The notes under the pieces were generated by a model. It made no database searches. It was not told the DNA's origin and worked only from the letters and a program-made list of their open reading frames with translations. A stretch of 64,000 bases of DNA from an uncultured Nitrososphaerales archaeon (GTDB lineage: Archaea > Thermoproteota > Nitrososphaeria > Nitrososphaerales > Nitrososphaeraceae): the NCBI GenBank assembly GCA_963695855.1, contig CAVOHZ010000008.1, positions 448,001 to 512,000 of the forward strand, given 5' to 3'. This document shows positions 19,285-29,139 of this stretch, piece after piece (within the stretch, counting starts at the first letter, position 1; the number at the start of each line of letters is the position of its first letter). Position numbers and translations under genes: made by a program.

Positions 19285-20956
19285 AGATATCTTTTTCTTT
19301 TCTATCTAATATAGGATTATCCAAATTTCTTAAACCTTCCAGAACAAGTTCAATCATTGACGATTTATATTCCAAATCTTTATAATCGGAAAATAATAAT
19401 CCATTTAATACAATTTCATTCTTCTTTATCCGGTTAACAAAATCATCTTTTTCTTTTTCCAAACTATTTGATATTTTGTCTAGCGCCTCAGCTAACATTG
19501 GAAAATTTCTTAATTGATTCTCATAGCTATTTTCTATTACATCAGAACCTCTGGTTCCAATAAATTTTTGCGATACAACAAATTTCTTATTCTTTTGAAA
19601 TTCCTCTTTTATTAATTTTATCTGTTCTGAACTTATACTGTCTATGTATTCTTTTGAAATCATGTTGATTGAATTTGAAATAATTTTATTTAATGTATCT
19701 ATTCTGTTTTGATTGTTATCTTCCAGTTCAGATAACTCAAATTTTGAGGTCTGATAGATACCGTGGATATCCGAAAATCTTGGCACAGCTTTAACTCCGA
19801 ATATTACAGACCTAATTCTTTCTGCTTCTGCGATAATAACTTCGGTAGAATGTACTGACATCCTCACACTTACTCCTTTATCCTGATTAATATCTCCATG
19901 TTTTCTAGCCATGCTAGTGATTAATGCTATCGTCTTAAGTATGAAAATAGGTAATATGATGTTTTCTGGGTTATCTGGTCTTATCTCTTGAACAATTATT
20001 AACATTTCATCAATGATTTTTTGTGGATATCGTGTCTCGATGTGACTACGTAATCTATCAAATAAGGGTTCAATTATTTTTCCAGAGTGGGTATAATCAA
20101 TTGGATTGGATGTTGCTATTATTTTCAAGTCGGGTTCAAAAAATACGGGGTATGAACCAGTCGTAAACTTTCCTTCTTGAAGAATACTTAGTAAAGCAAC
20201 TTGTTTTCTCGGATCTAATACAGGTAATTCGTCGATGCATAAAATACCATGTCTTGCTTGTAATAATTGTCCTGGGGAATATGACTCGATATTGTATATT
20301 TCTACACCTTTTTTAGCAATTTTGATAGCATCAATTTGTCCTACTAAATCTTTTACAGATATGTCAGGTGTAGCTAAAATATACCTATATCTATCCCTTC
20401 CACTAATCCACTCGATTTTAGTGGCAAGTCCATTATTACGAATAATTTCTTCAGTTTCCTTTGAAACAGTAAATTTAGGCACATAATGAGATACTTCTTT
20501 ATCCTCCAACAAGGACATAAGATCTGGTTGCGGAATCGTCGTGGGAATATCATTTGTTATTGAACCTCTAACTATTGGAATATGTGAAAGTAAATTTTTT
20601 GATATTGCTTCAGCTAGTTTAGTTTTTGCTTGTCCGATTTGTCCTATAAGTAATATGTCATGACCTGAAAGGATCGCTCTGTTTATTGCCGGGATTACGT
20701 CGTCTTCATAACCGATTATTCCCTTGAACGGATTTTCTTCTTTCCTGAGAAATCTAATTAAATTGCCTCTAATCTGTTTATCTACTGTTGCATGTTTGTA
20801 GTTTATTAATAGCAGTTCCCTCAGGGTTTTTATCTTGTTATATTCTTCTGGAACTCCTGGCATTATTTGATTATATTCTGGTTGAGACGAATAAGAGTCA
20901 GATACTAATTTCTTTATTTCTTTAAAATCCAACAGATTTCTTTCTATTAAAGACAA
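19268..20956 (-). CDS. AAA+ ATPase, Mg-chelatase ChlI-like/MoxR-related
   Basis: Walker A variant GQIGQAKT, LATPD, ILCIDELP, NPIDYT.SG.II.PL.DR and GVSVR motifs. Confidence 0.85.
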   Translation of the reverse strand: MSLIERNLLDFKEIKKLVSDSYSSQPEYNQIMPGVPEEYNKIKTLRELLLINYKHATVDKQIRGNLIRFLRKEENPFKGIIGYEDDVIPAINRAILSGHDILLIGQIGQAKTKLAEAISKNLLSHIPIVRGSITNDIPTTIPQPDLMSLLEDKEVSHYVPKFTVSKETEEIIRNNGLATKIEWISGRDRYRYILATPDISVKDLVGQIDAIKIAKKGVEIYNIESYSPGQLLQARHGILCIDELPVLDPRKQVALLSILQEGKFTTGSYPVFFEPDLKIIATSNPIDYTHSGKIIEPLFDRLRSHIETRYPQKIIDEMLIIVQEIRPDNPENIILPIFILKTIALITSMARKHGDINQDKGVSVRMSVHSTEVIIAEAERIRSVIFGVKAVPRFSDIHGIYQTSKFELSELEDNNQNRIDTLNKIISNSINMISKEYIDSISSEQIKLIKEEFQKNKKFVVSQKFIGTRGSDVIENSYENQLRNFPMLAEALDKISNSLEKEKDDFVNRIKKNEIVLNGLLFSDYKDLEYKSSMIELVLEGLRNLDNPILDRKEKDIYEYKT

Positions 20957-21347
20957 AATTTAAACATTATCTGGTATCTTGCGCATCATAATATTATTTA
21001 TTAGCAAAATTTTGAATTTGATAATCAATGATTCTCGATTGCCAATTCAAGTAATTCAAGATAACTCTCGTAGTTTGTTTTCTCATCATACAGATAGTAT
21101 TCACTTTTTCCACAATTGTTTTCAGCCATTTTAAATGATATCTTTAAAAAAATGTAATATAATGGTTATTATAACTAGATCCGCTTGTAATTTTATAATT
21201 ATTTTATATCCTATAATAATATTTTGAAATATATCTATTTTGGTTGTTTAAAGTGACCTATTAAATGTAATTTTTATATTTTATTTTTTCCGGTTCTTGT
21301 CTAGTATGATTTTTATTTAGGATCCTAAATTTACCTTTTAGTTAGAA

Positions 21348-21830
21348 TTGTCATCAGCAGACTATAAACATATTGTTAGAATTGCAGGAAAAGATATAGA
21401 AGGAGATAAAAAAATAATTGTTGCCCTGAGCAGGGTAAAGGGAATAGGTTATAATTTTGCCCAAGTATTGCTTCAAAAATTAAATATTAATCCATATATT
21501 CGAGTTGGGTTTCTTACCGATAAAGAACTAGGGGATATTGAAATGGCGCTAAAGGATCCCAATAAAACTGGAATACCACATTTTTATTTCAATAGGAGAA
21601 AGGATATGGAAACCGGTTCTAATGTGCATATAATTACATCAGATTTAGATTTTATAGTATCCAATGATATTGAACGTGAGAAAACAATAATGAGTTGGAG
21701 GGGATACAGACATATGTTTGGTTTGAGAGTAAGGGGACAACATACAAGAACGACAGGTCGGAGAGGAACTGCAGTAGGTGTTCGTAAGAGTGCTCAGGCT
21801 GCTCAAAGAGTACAGAAGAGTGGTGAATAA
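21348..21830 (+). CDS. rps13: 30S ribosomal protein uS13
   Basis: IVRIAGKDI...SWRGYRH..GL.VRGQ.TRTTGR. Confidence 0.97.
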   Translation: MSSADYKHIVRIAGKDIEGDKKIIVALSRVKGIGYNFAQVLLQKLNINPYIRVGFLTDKELGDIEMALKDPNKTGIPHFYFNRRKDMETGSNVHIITSDLDFIVSNDIEREKTIMSWRGYRHMFGLRVRGQHTRTTGRRGTAVGVRKSAQAAQRVQKSGE

Positions 21831-22342
21831 TGGGAGATCCGAAGAAATCTAGAAAAACCTTTAAAAGACCACGACAGATTTGGACAAAAGATCAATTAAG
21901 TTCAGAATTATATTTGTTAGGGACGTACGGTCTTAGGAGTAAGCGTGAGCTATGGAAGGCGCAGACCAAAATAGCTGGAATTCGAAATCAGGCACGCGCT
22001 CTGTTGGCTCTGACCACTGAAAGCCGACATGAAAAAGAAAATAAACTTTTAACATACCTTCAAAGATTGGGACTTGTAGGAGAATCTGCAACGTTAGATG
22101 ATATATTAAATATAAAGATAGAGGATATTCTAGAAAGAAGGTTACAAACTATTGTTATGAAAAAGGCCGTAGCTAAATCTCCTCATCAAGCTAGACAATT
22201 AGTGGTTCACGGCCATGTTTCCATAGGTGACAGAACCATAAATATTCCTGGATATCCTGTCAAAAAGGAAGAAGAATCCAAAATTGTTCTACATAACGAA
22301 TTTATGAATATTGTACCTGCTACATCTCAACCTCCAGGATAA
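21830..22342 (+). CDS. rps4: 30S ribosomal protein uS4
   Basis: MGDPKK, YGLRSKRELWK, LERRLQT and ARQLVVHGH motifs. Confidence 0.97.
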   Translation: MGDPKKSRKTFKRPRQIWTKDQLSSELYLLGTYGLRSKRELWKAQTKIAGIRNQARALLALTTESRHEKENKLLTYLQRLGLVGESATLDDILNIKIEDILERRLQTIVMKKAVAKSPHQARQLVVHGHVSIGDRTINIPGYPVKKEEESKIVLHNEFMNIVPATSQPPG

Positions 22343-22349
22343 CTATATA

Positions 22350-23306
22350 TCAAGAAACTATATCAACGTGGTCTATTTTTCCATCTGCGTTCATGTCAAA
22401 ACCTTGAACTACTACTGCCCAGTCATCGTCGTGTAAATATTTTTTTATCAATTTATCTCCGTGATCTGTTAAAGCAATTACAGCTGCCTTAGTACCTATG
22501 GATCGGACACCTGCAAGTACTATAATACTCCTATCCTGATTATAGGGATTCTTTATTTTTGCAATTAAACCGTGGTTGTCCATATTATAAATTCGTCCTG
22601 CATTGTCAGTTAATCCAGACCAATAATTAGTTTCATTGAATTTAATTGGCAGATGATCATTAAACTCAGAAGTTACTATATTTGTACCTGGACCACCTAT
22701 CAAAATAAGATTTCTATTGTCTATGTCCTTTTCAGCTTTTGCATCTACATCAAGTTTTGCTATAAAGTTTGTAGAAAGGTCACACAGAGTACCTAGATAA
22801 AAACTCAAATGAATAGCGTAATGCCCATCTCTAGCCGAGGATTTATAAGGACCGTGTGGATCAGGTGCACCTACGACAATTAAACCACAAAATGCATTGT
22901 CTTTATAGTAATCTTCTAACCAAAATGGAATATTTTGAGTCATCTTTTTTGTGAATCGATGAATATCTGTTTGTTCTATCTCTTCAACTGAATCGATCTC
23001 AATACCAAAAGATGGACTTGTAATACTGTATAATCTTGCAGTTCCTCCCCGTATGTGACTAGTTCCAGTTTGTTCAATGGCACCTATTTCAACAAGCTTT
23101 CTTACATAGTAATAGGTTGTTTGTTCATATAATTTTAATTCCTTGGCTATTTGTGCAGGGTACATGGATCTCTTAGATAATAATTCTATTATTTTCCAAG
23201 CAATATGATTAGAGAGTATTCGCATATCCTTTGTGTTCTCAAATAGTAAAATTTTTTTACTTATTGTATTACCATTACGTTCATAGATGATTGTTTTCTT
23301 TTTCAA
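22350..23306 (-). CDS. ArsR-like wHTH protein with C-terminal S-layer_C-like alpha/beta domain
   Basis: N-terminal HTH (MYPAQIAKELKLYEQTTYYYVRKL); C-terminal IVVGAPDPHG...NLILIGGPGTN. Confidence 0.7.
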   Translation of the reverse strand: MKKKTIIYERNGNTISKKILLFENTKDMRILSNHIAWKIIELLSKRSMYPAQIAKELKLYEQTTYYYVRKLVEIGAIEQTGTSHIRGGTARLYSITSPSFGIEIDSVEEIEQTDIHRFTKKMTQNIPFWLEDYYKDNAFCGLIVVGAPDPHGPYKSSARDGHYAIHLSFYLGTLCDLSTNFIAKLDVDAKAEKDIDNRNLILIGGPGTNIVTSEFNDHLPIKFNETNYWSGLTDNAGRIYNMDNHGLIAKIKNPYNQDRSIIVLAGVRSIGTKAAVIALTDHGDKLIKKYLHDDDWAVVVQGFDMNADGKIDHVDIVS

Positions 23307-23330
23307 TCTTATTTTTTATCAGTTATAAAT

Positions 23331-23421
23331 TATTTTATACCGGTAATAATAATATATGTATACATTGTATTTTTTTGTAAAAAAATAATGGTCAACCATA
23401 ACAAAATATTTTATAACGGTA
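23331..23421. promoter_or_regulatory. Candidate operator sites between the divergent wHTH gene and glmS
   Basis: tattttataccggta (23331-23345) and tattttataacggta (23407-23421) match at 14/15; palindrome atggt-ca-accat at 23388-23399. Confidence 0.35.
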
Positions 23422-23478
23422 TTGATTTTTCATTAAAGAACTATTTAAAGCATTACACGACAAGGTTATTGTTTACAA

Positions 23479-25245
23479 ATGTGTTCGATTATTGGATATG
23501 CTGGTAAGTCATCTGCGGCATCAGTATTAGTTGATAGCTTAAAAAGAATGGAATATAGAGGATATGATAGTGTTGGAATTGCGACTATAGAAAGTAGTAA
23601 AATCTTTGTCCGTAAAGATATTGGTAAAGTTATTGAAGTTGAAAAATCCCTTCGATTAGGAAATATGCCAGGGCAGGTAGGTATCGGACATACTAGATGG
23701 GCAACTCATGGAGGTATTACCCAAATAAATGCACATCCTCATACAGATTGTGAAAATGAGATTGTGGTTGTTCATAATGGGATAATAGAAAATTATAAAC
23801 AAATAAAAGAAGAGTTACTTGCAAATGGACATATATTTCAAAGTCAAACGGATAGCGAAGTAATTGCACATCTTATGGAACTTCATTATAAAAAAAAACA
23901 TGACGTGAAACAAGCAATTATTGAAACATGTAAGAGATTAAAAGGATCTTATGCATTTGTCGCTATTTTTAGATCAGGCTTAGTTGCAGGAACAAGACTG
24001 GATGAGCCTTTGATTGTAGGGTTGGGAAAAGATGGTAACTTCATTTCGAGTGATGTTTTGGGGTTTCTTGAATACACTGACAAATCTATATTTCTTGATA
24101 ATCAAGATATTGTCATTCTAGATGGACAGAATGTAAATTTTTTTGATTTTAATGGAAATGCAGTCTCTCGTCATGTTACACAGGTTGCATGGGAATTAGG
24201 TGATCTTGATAAAGGTAAATATGCTCATTATACCATAAAAGAAATACATGAACAGCAAAATTCAATCCTAACAGCATTTGGCACTAAAAAAGAGATAATA
24301 ACTACGTTTGTTGATATAATGTCGGAATCGAAGAATGTTTTTATTACTGGGAGTGGTACAAGTTTTCATTCTGCATTATTGGCAAAATACTTGTTAAATA
24401 AGTTCTCTAATCTTAGAACAGAAATAGTTATGTCCAGTGAATTTGAATACATGTTGGGTCCTTTAGATGAAAATTCAGTTCTGTTTGCAATCTCTCAAAG
24501 TGGTGAGACTGCTGATGTTTTACATTCAGTCAAAATGGCAAGACAAAAACATGCAAAAATCCTTTCAATTGTGAATGTTTCTACATCTTCTCTTGCAAGG
24601 CTTAGTGATCATTTTATTGCCATTAATTGCGGTCCTGAAATAGGTGTAGCTGCAACCAAAAGTTTTACAGGTCAACTAGCAATACTTTATTCTATAGTCG
24701 AAAAATTATGTCCTGATAAAATAGATATTAATGAATTTATGAATACATTTAATGATAGCATGCAAAAGATAATGTCATTAGAGTCACATATTGAAACAAT
24801 TGCAGAAAAAATTAAATCTTCCCAGGACATTTATATCTTGGGTAAATCTTTACATTATCCTATAGCTTTGGAGGGGTCACTTAAGATTAAAGAGCTAGCA
24901 TATATTCATGCAGAGGGAATAGCTGCAGGCGAGATTAAACATGGACCGTTAGCATTGATTGAAACTAACACTATTGTCATTGTTATTAATCCATGTGATG
25001 ATACATTTAATGATACATTAAATAGTGTTTATGAAATGAAATCTAGAGGGGCAAAAATTATTGGTATATCGAATCAAAACAATGACAATTACGATTATTT
25101 TATAAGACTTCCTACAATTGATGAATTGATGTATCCAATTCTTGAAATTATTCCATTACAATTACTCTCTTATTACTTAGCCTTAAAGAAAGATGCTAAT
25201 CCTGATTATCCGAGAAATCTTGCAAAATCAGTGACTGTGAGATGA
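23479..25245 (+). CDS. glmS: Glutamine--fructose-6-phosphate transaminase
   Basis: N-terminal Cys (MCSIIG), EYRGYDS, GHTRWATHG, SQSGETAD and C-terminal PRNLAKSVTV. Confidence 0.97.
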   Translation: MCSIIGYAGKSSAASVLVDSLKRMEYRGYDSVGIATIESSKIFVRKDIGKVIEVEKSLRLGNMPGQVGIGHTRWATHGGITQINAHPHTDCENEIVVVHNGIIENYKQIKEELLANGHIFQSQTDSEVIAHLMELHYKKKHDVKQAIIETCKRLKGSYAFVAIFRSGLVAGTRLDEPLIVGLGKDGNFISSDVLGFLEYTDKSIFLDNQDIVILDGQNVNFFDFNGNAVSRHVTQVAWELGDLDKGKYAHYTIKEIHEQQNSILTAFGTKKEIITTFVDIMSESKNVFITGSGTSFHSALLAKYLLNKFSNLRTEIVMSSEFEYMLGPLDENSVLFAISQSGETADVLHSVKMARQKHAKILSIVNVSTSSLARLSDHFIAINCGPEIGVAATKSFTGQLAILYSIVEKLCPDKIDINEFMNTFNDSMQKIMSLESHIETIAEKIKSSQDIYILGKSLHYPIALEGSLKIKELAYIHAEGIAAGEIKHGPLALIETNTIVIVINPCDDTFNDTLNSVYEMKSRGAKIIGISNQNNDNYDYFIRLPTIDELMYPILEIIPLQLLSYYLALKKDANPDYPRNLAKSVTVR

Positions 25246-25321
25246 ATATTTTCTAAGAACAGGTAAATATTGATGGGCAATAGTTTTATCTTAGTATAAA
25301 GTAAAACTTATTGTATACAGT

Positions 25322-26431
25322 TCAAATAACTATATTCTCTTCTATTTTTGATTCATATTCTTTTTCTATATTTCTTAAGAGAGTCCGACTATTGACACGT
25401 CCTTTTGTTCTGATTATTGCTACGATCGATGTTCCTCCAGCACCTACTCCTTCCTTTACAAAACCTTCAGCAAAGGCTCTTAGTCCTTGTTTATTTGATT
25501 CCTTCATGTGTAGATCGACAGCCAGAATTCCTATTTCTCTATCTATAGAATAGACCAAATTTTCAAAATCTGACTGTAAATCATCCAAAATATAGTTTGT
25601 CGTTCCAATAATGATTTTATTTGTTTTTATTTCTAAACGTTTTAGGAATGTTAAAATCGCACACATCTGAGTACCTCCTGCTAACATCACTCTACATCCA
25701 TTTTCCAATGCTCCTGTGGCTATACCCGCAATAGATGGAATCATGGGGTCACCTAAATAAGAAACGGCGTTAAATGGTTGTTCTTTAAATTCTCCGAATT
25801 TAATCTTATTTCTTTCCATGCTTGATGCAATTATTTTATTTTTCAATTCATGTGGATTATTTGGCATACTGCTGCTTATTTTATAGGTGGCATCAATTCC
25901 CAAAGACAACATTACACCTAATGCTGTTGTGGTACCAGAAGGAATACTCTCCCCAAGGATCACTAGGTCATTATTTTTAGCAAGTTGTTCTCCAAGTAAT
26001 TTGCCATACAAATATGCTTTCTTTACATCTTCAAGGCTCATAGCTATTTCTTCAATTATATTGTTTCCATGTTTAAGATCAAAGGAAAAAAATGGTATAG
26101 CTGGTTTAATTTTTACCCCTGCGTCTACTACAATGAAGGGAATGCCAGCAATGTTTAACGAAGTTCTAGTAATAATTGCTGGTGTGGGTTTTCCATCTGG
26201 AGTTGCTGGAACTCCTTTAATACAAATACATTTACCATAATACAGGAATTCGGCATCTGCAGGTGGTGTAAATTTAATCAGGTTTGGGTTAGCTCCTGCA
26301 ACAGTTAATCCCTGAATTTTACTAGTTTCCGTGTGTGATATTACACAAACGAAGATTGGATTAATAATCTTTAAATCATTTAGATTGAATTTATTATTGA
26401 CTAACGTTATATCTTCAAATAGTTTTACCAA
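25322..26431 (-). CDS. cobT: Archaeal-type nicotinate-nucleotide--dimethylbenzimidazole phosphoribosyltransferase
   Basis: GLTVAGA, TPPADAE, GESIPSGTTTALG, LAGGTQM and VKEGVGAGG motifs. Confidence 0.85.
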   Translation of the reverse strand: MVKLFEDITLVNNKFNLNDLKIINPIFVCVISHTETSKIQGLTVAGANPNLIKFTPPADAEFLYYGKCICIKGVPATPDGKPTPAIITRTSLNIAGIPFIVVDAGVKIKPAIPFFSFDLKHGNNIIEEIAMSLEDVKKAYLYGKLLGEQLAKNNDLVILGESIPSGTTTALGVMLSLGIDATYKISSSMPNNPHELKNKIIASSMERNKIKFGEFKEQPFNAVSYLGDPMIPSIAGIATGALENGCRVMLAGGTQMCAILTFLKRLEIKTNKIIIGTTNYILDDLQSDFENLVYSIDREIGILAVDLHMKESNKQGLRAFAEGFVKEGVGAGGTSIVAIIRTKGRVNSRTLLRNIEKEYESKIEENIVI

Positions 26432-26434
26432 ATA

Positions 26435-27061
26435 CTATTCTTCTCCGGTCATAAATTGAATAAACTCCTGTAGAGTTCTTGGAGCTAGAACATAATTCGT
26501 ATTCTTTTCTTCTCCTATAGTTGATACAGTCTTCATTCCATAGTTATGACCAGGGTAAACTCTTAATTCGTCGTTTAATTTAATTATCTTTCTCAACAGA
26601 CTGTCATACATTTCGTTCACATTGCCTCCTGGAAGATCTATACGACCACAATTTCCAACAAACAATGTGTCTCCAGTGAAAATTATTTTCGAGTCTACGA
26701 TTAAACAAATACTATCTTTTGAGTGTCCAGGTGTATGCAATATATCTATAACGATGTTTCCAACTCTTATTCTATCTCCATCTTTAACTGCAATATCGTG
26801 TCTATCCATAGAATTTTCGTGTTGAACAATTTGACAATTAGTAATGGCTAAAACTTGTTCATTTCCTAAAATATGATCAAAATGTGAATGAGTATTGATA
26901 ATGAATTTTACCCTGTATGAATTTCTTTTAATAATATCAAATATCTTATCAAGATCCCACGACGGATCAATAATTGCTGTTTCCTTTTCTTCTTCATCTA
27001 TAACAAGATATGTAAAATTTGCCATTTGACCAACTTGAATTTGTTCTATTTTCAAGGTCAT
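26435..27061 (-). CDS. MBL-fold metallo-hydrolase (glyoxalase II-like)
   Basis: THSHFDH, HTPGHS, TGDTLF and PGHNY motifs. Confidence 0.9.
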   Translation of the reverse strand: MTLKIEQIQVGQMANFTYLVIDEEEKETAIIDPSWDLDKIFDIIKRNSYRVKFIINTHSHFDHILGNEQVLAITNCQIVQHENSMDRHDIAVKDGDRIRVGNIVIDILHTPGHSKDSICLIVDSKIIFTGDTLFVGNCGRIDLPGGNVNEMYDSLLRKIIKLNDELRVYPGHNYGMKTVSTIGEEKNTNYVLAPRTLQEFIQFMTGEE

Positions 27062-27062
27062 G

Positions 27063-27794
27063 CTATATTATTCCACCCTCAACTTCCATTGGAATGCCTA
27101 TTTTTTTCAAATAGATTGTACCTGTATATTTTTTATTATCTAAAAGTCCATTTTTAATTCTGTGAAAAGTTATAGTACTATCAGCTTTGACGCAATGAGA
27201 ATTTATGTTACCAGTATCAGGGTCTAAACCTGAAGGTATATCTACAGCGATGACATGAGCTTTAGATTTATTTATTAAATCAATTATAAGTGCCTGAGGT
27301 TCTTTGATATCTCCTTTTATCCCAGTTCCAAAAATACCATCAATTATTATGTCAGATGCTAATATTTCATTCTTTATTTGTGTGTCTAATTTATAATATA
27401 TTTTTATGGTTTTATGCATTTTCTTGATTATCTCAAAATTTGTTAATGCTTCTTCTGTTTTTATTTTATTTAAATCTCCAAGTACAATTATTTTTATAGG
27501 TTTCCTGGAGTGAATGGATAAATGTCTTGATGCAACCATGGCATCGCCACCATTATTACCTGTCCCACAAACAACTGTAATTTTTAAATCGTCTATTTTT
27601 TTAAATTTCTTTAATATCAATTCTGCTATTCCATAACCTGCATTTTCCATCATCAAGATCTTTTTCATACCGAACTTGTTGTGACCCGCGTCTTCAATTT
27701 TGTACATCTGGTCTGAAGTTATCGGTATTTCTCGGAATTTCTCATCCTTCACCCTTTTCTGGATTTTTTTCAGACTATTAACTCGTATTATCAT
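27063..27794 (-). CDS. nnrE: NAD(P)H-hydrate epimerase (YjeF_N); true start may lie slightly downstream
   Basis: LMMENAG, CGTGNNGGD, DGIFGTG and AVDIPSG motifs. Confidence 0.9.
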   Translation of the reverse strand: MIIRVNSLKKIQKRVKDEKFREIPITSDQMYKIEDAGHNKFGMKKILMMENAGYGIAELILKKFKKIDDLKITVVCGTGNNGGDAMVASRHLSIHSRKPIKIIVLGDLNKIKTEEALTNFEIIKKMHKTIKIYYKLDTQIKNEILASDIIIDGIFGTGIKGDIKEPQALIIDLINKSKAHVIAVDIPSGLDPDTGNINSHCVKADSTITFHRIKNGLLDNKKYTGTIYLKKIGIPMEVEGGII

Positions 27795-27817
27795 TTTTAT
27801 AATCTATCTCTTTTTTG

Positions 27818-28321
27818 TTAATATTTATTGATATTTTTGGGGAAGGGCATTTTAAATTCTGGTAATTCAAATTTTTTTGAAGCACTTTCTGAAACTACAA
27901 ATGTTTCACCAGTATAATTACATTTAATTTGTGGAAACTTTCTCTTACCTCTCAAAATATCTGCAACTTTGTAGTATTCGACAAGTTTTCTACTTGCATA
28001 TGTGTTTTCATGATTTTTTTTAATTCTTTTCTTACGCATGAATTTAAAAGCTAGAATTACATGTTTATTTTTATAATATCTAAACATATTTGCGATTGAA
28101 AAGCATCTTTCGATTTGGTCACTTGGAACATATAATGCATCGCCTGTTCCAGATTTGGCTTCAATTGCTAAGAAAATTCCCTTGTTGTTATTCACTGCAA
28201 CAATATCTGGTAAGCCAACACTTGAACCTCCAAGTCGTTTTGCTGTCCAATACCTATTGTTGAGTCTATTGACAATAAGATACTCGTAGCTATATCCTCT
28301 ACTTCTTCGAATGTTTCCCAA
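27818..28321 (-). CDS. Holliday junction resolvase Hjc-like PD-(D/E)xK nuclease
   Basis: RG..YE...PDIVA...IEAKS motif. Confidence 0.8.
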   Translation of the reverse strand: MGNIRRSRGYSYEYLIVNRLNNRYWTAKRLGGSSVGLPDIVAVNNNKGIFLAIEAKSGTGDALYVPSDQIERCFSIANMFRYYKNKHVILAFKFMRKKRIKKNHENTYASRKLVEYYKVADILRGKRKFPQIKCNYTGETFVVSESASKKFELPEFKMPFPKNINKY

Positions 28322-28432
28322 ACTAATCTTAATCTCTTATTGCCATGTTAAAACCTTGTTTACGAATTTAATTAAAGAAAGAAATCAGATTATTTACAAA
28401 AGATATTATTATGAAAAATAGAACTTGTTAAC

Positions 28433-29053
28433 GTGCTGCCTCTGAATATTAAAAATTCATTAGATATTGTATATGAAGAGTTGAAAAATATAGAAAATAG
28501 ACGAGAACACCTTATCAAAGAATCTCGAGAATTAATAATCCTGTGTAGCCAAACAATAATAGAAGTACATCAAAATAATCTAGAAGCGAGTCAATCTAAA
28601 TTAGAGAAAGCAAAAGCATTATACTTTTCATTAAAAGATTATGCCAAACAAGATCTATCAAGATACCTCTCTATTTCAGAACAAGAACTGGTAGAAGCCA
28701 GTATAGTGTTAGGAATTGCAAAAAATAAATCTTTTCCTAGTTTGGGTGAGATGAATGTTTCAAGTCAGTCATATCTTTTGGGGTTTTTAGATAGCATTGG
28801 AGAGATAAAGCGAATGATTTATGATAAGGTTAGATTGGGAAACTATAATGAGGCTGAAATTTTATTCATTCAGATGCAGGAGATTTTTAATGCCATTTAT
28901 CCATTTGCAGTTTACGATAACTTTGTTTCTGGAATTAGAAAGAAATTGGATGTATGTAGAATATTGATTGAAAATACACGGGAATTGATGACTGAAGAAT
29001 CAAGAAGGTCTATACTTATTCAGTCTCTTGACAAGTTAAACGATAATGAATGA
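28433..29053 (+). CDS. Translin family protein
   Basis: RE..IK.SRE, QELVEA, YLLG..D.IGE.KR and RKKLD motifs. Confidence 0.85.
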   Translation: MLPLNIKNSLDIVYEELKNIENRREHLIKESRELIILCSQTIIEVHQNNLEASQSKLEKAKALYFSLKDYAKQDLSRYLSISEQELVEASIVLGIAKNKSFPSLGEMNVSSQSYLLGFLDSIGEIKRMIYDKVRLGNYNEAEILFIQMQEIFNAIYPFAVYDNFVSGIRKKLDVCRILIENTRELMTEESRRSILIQSLDKLNDNE

Positions 29054-29139
29054 GTAAAAATCTATTCGTCCAGAGTGAAATAATATTTAATAAAAAGTAA
29101 AGTTAATTAGAAACTACACTAAAGCTTTTTCGTATTTAT

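Noticed and set aside
29049-29068. aatgagtaaaaatctattcg nearly repeated at 37431-37449
   Set aside because: Only two copies, AT-rich, one indel, and the last two bases of the second copy belong to the IS end; chance cannot be excluded
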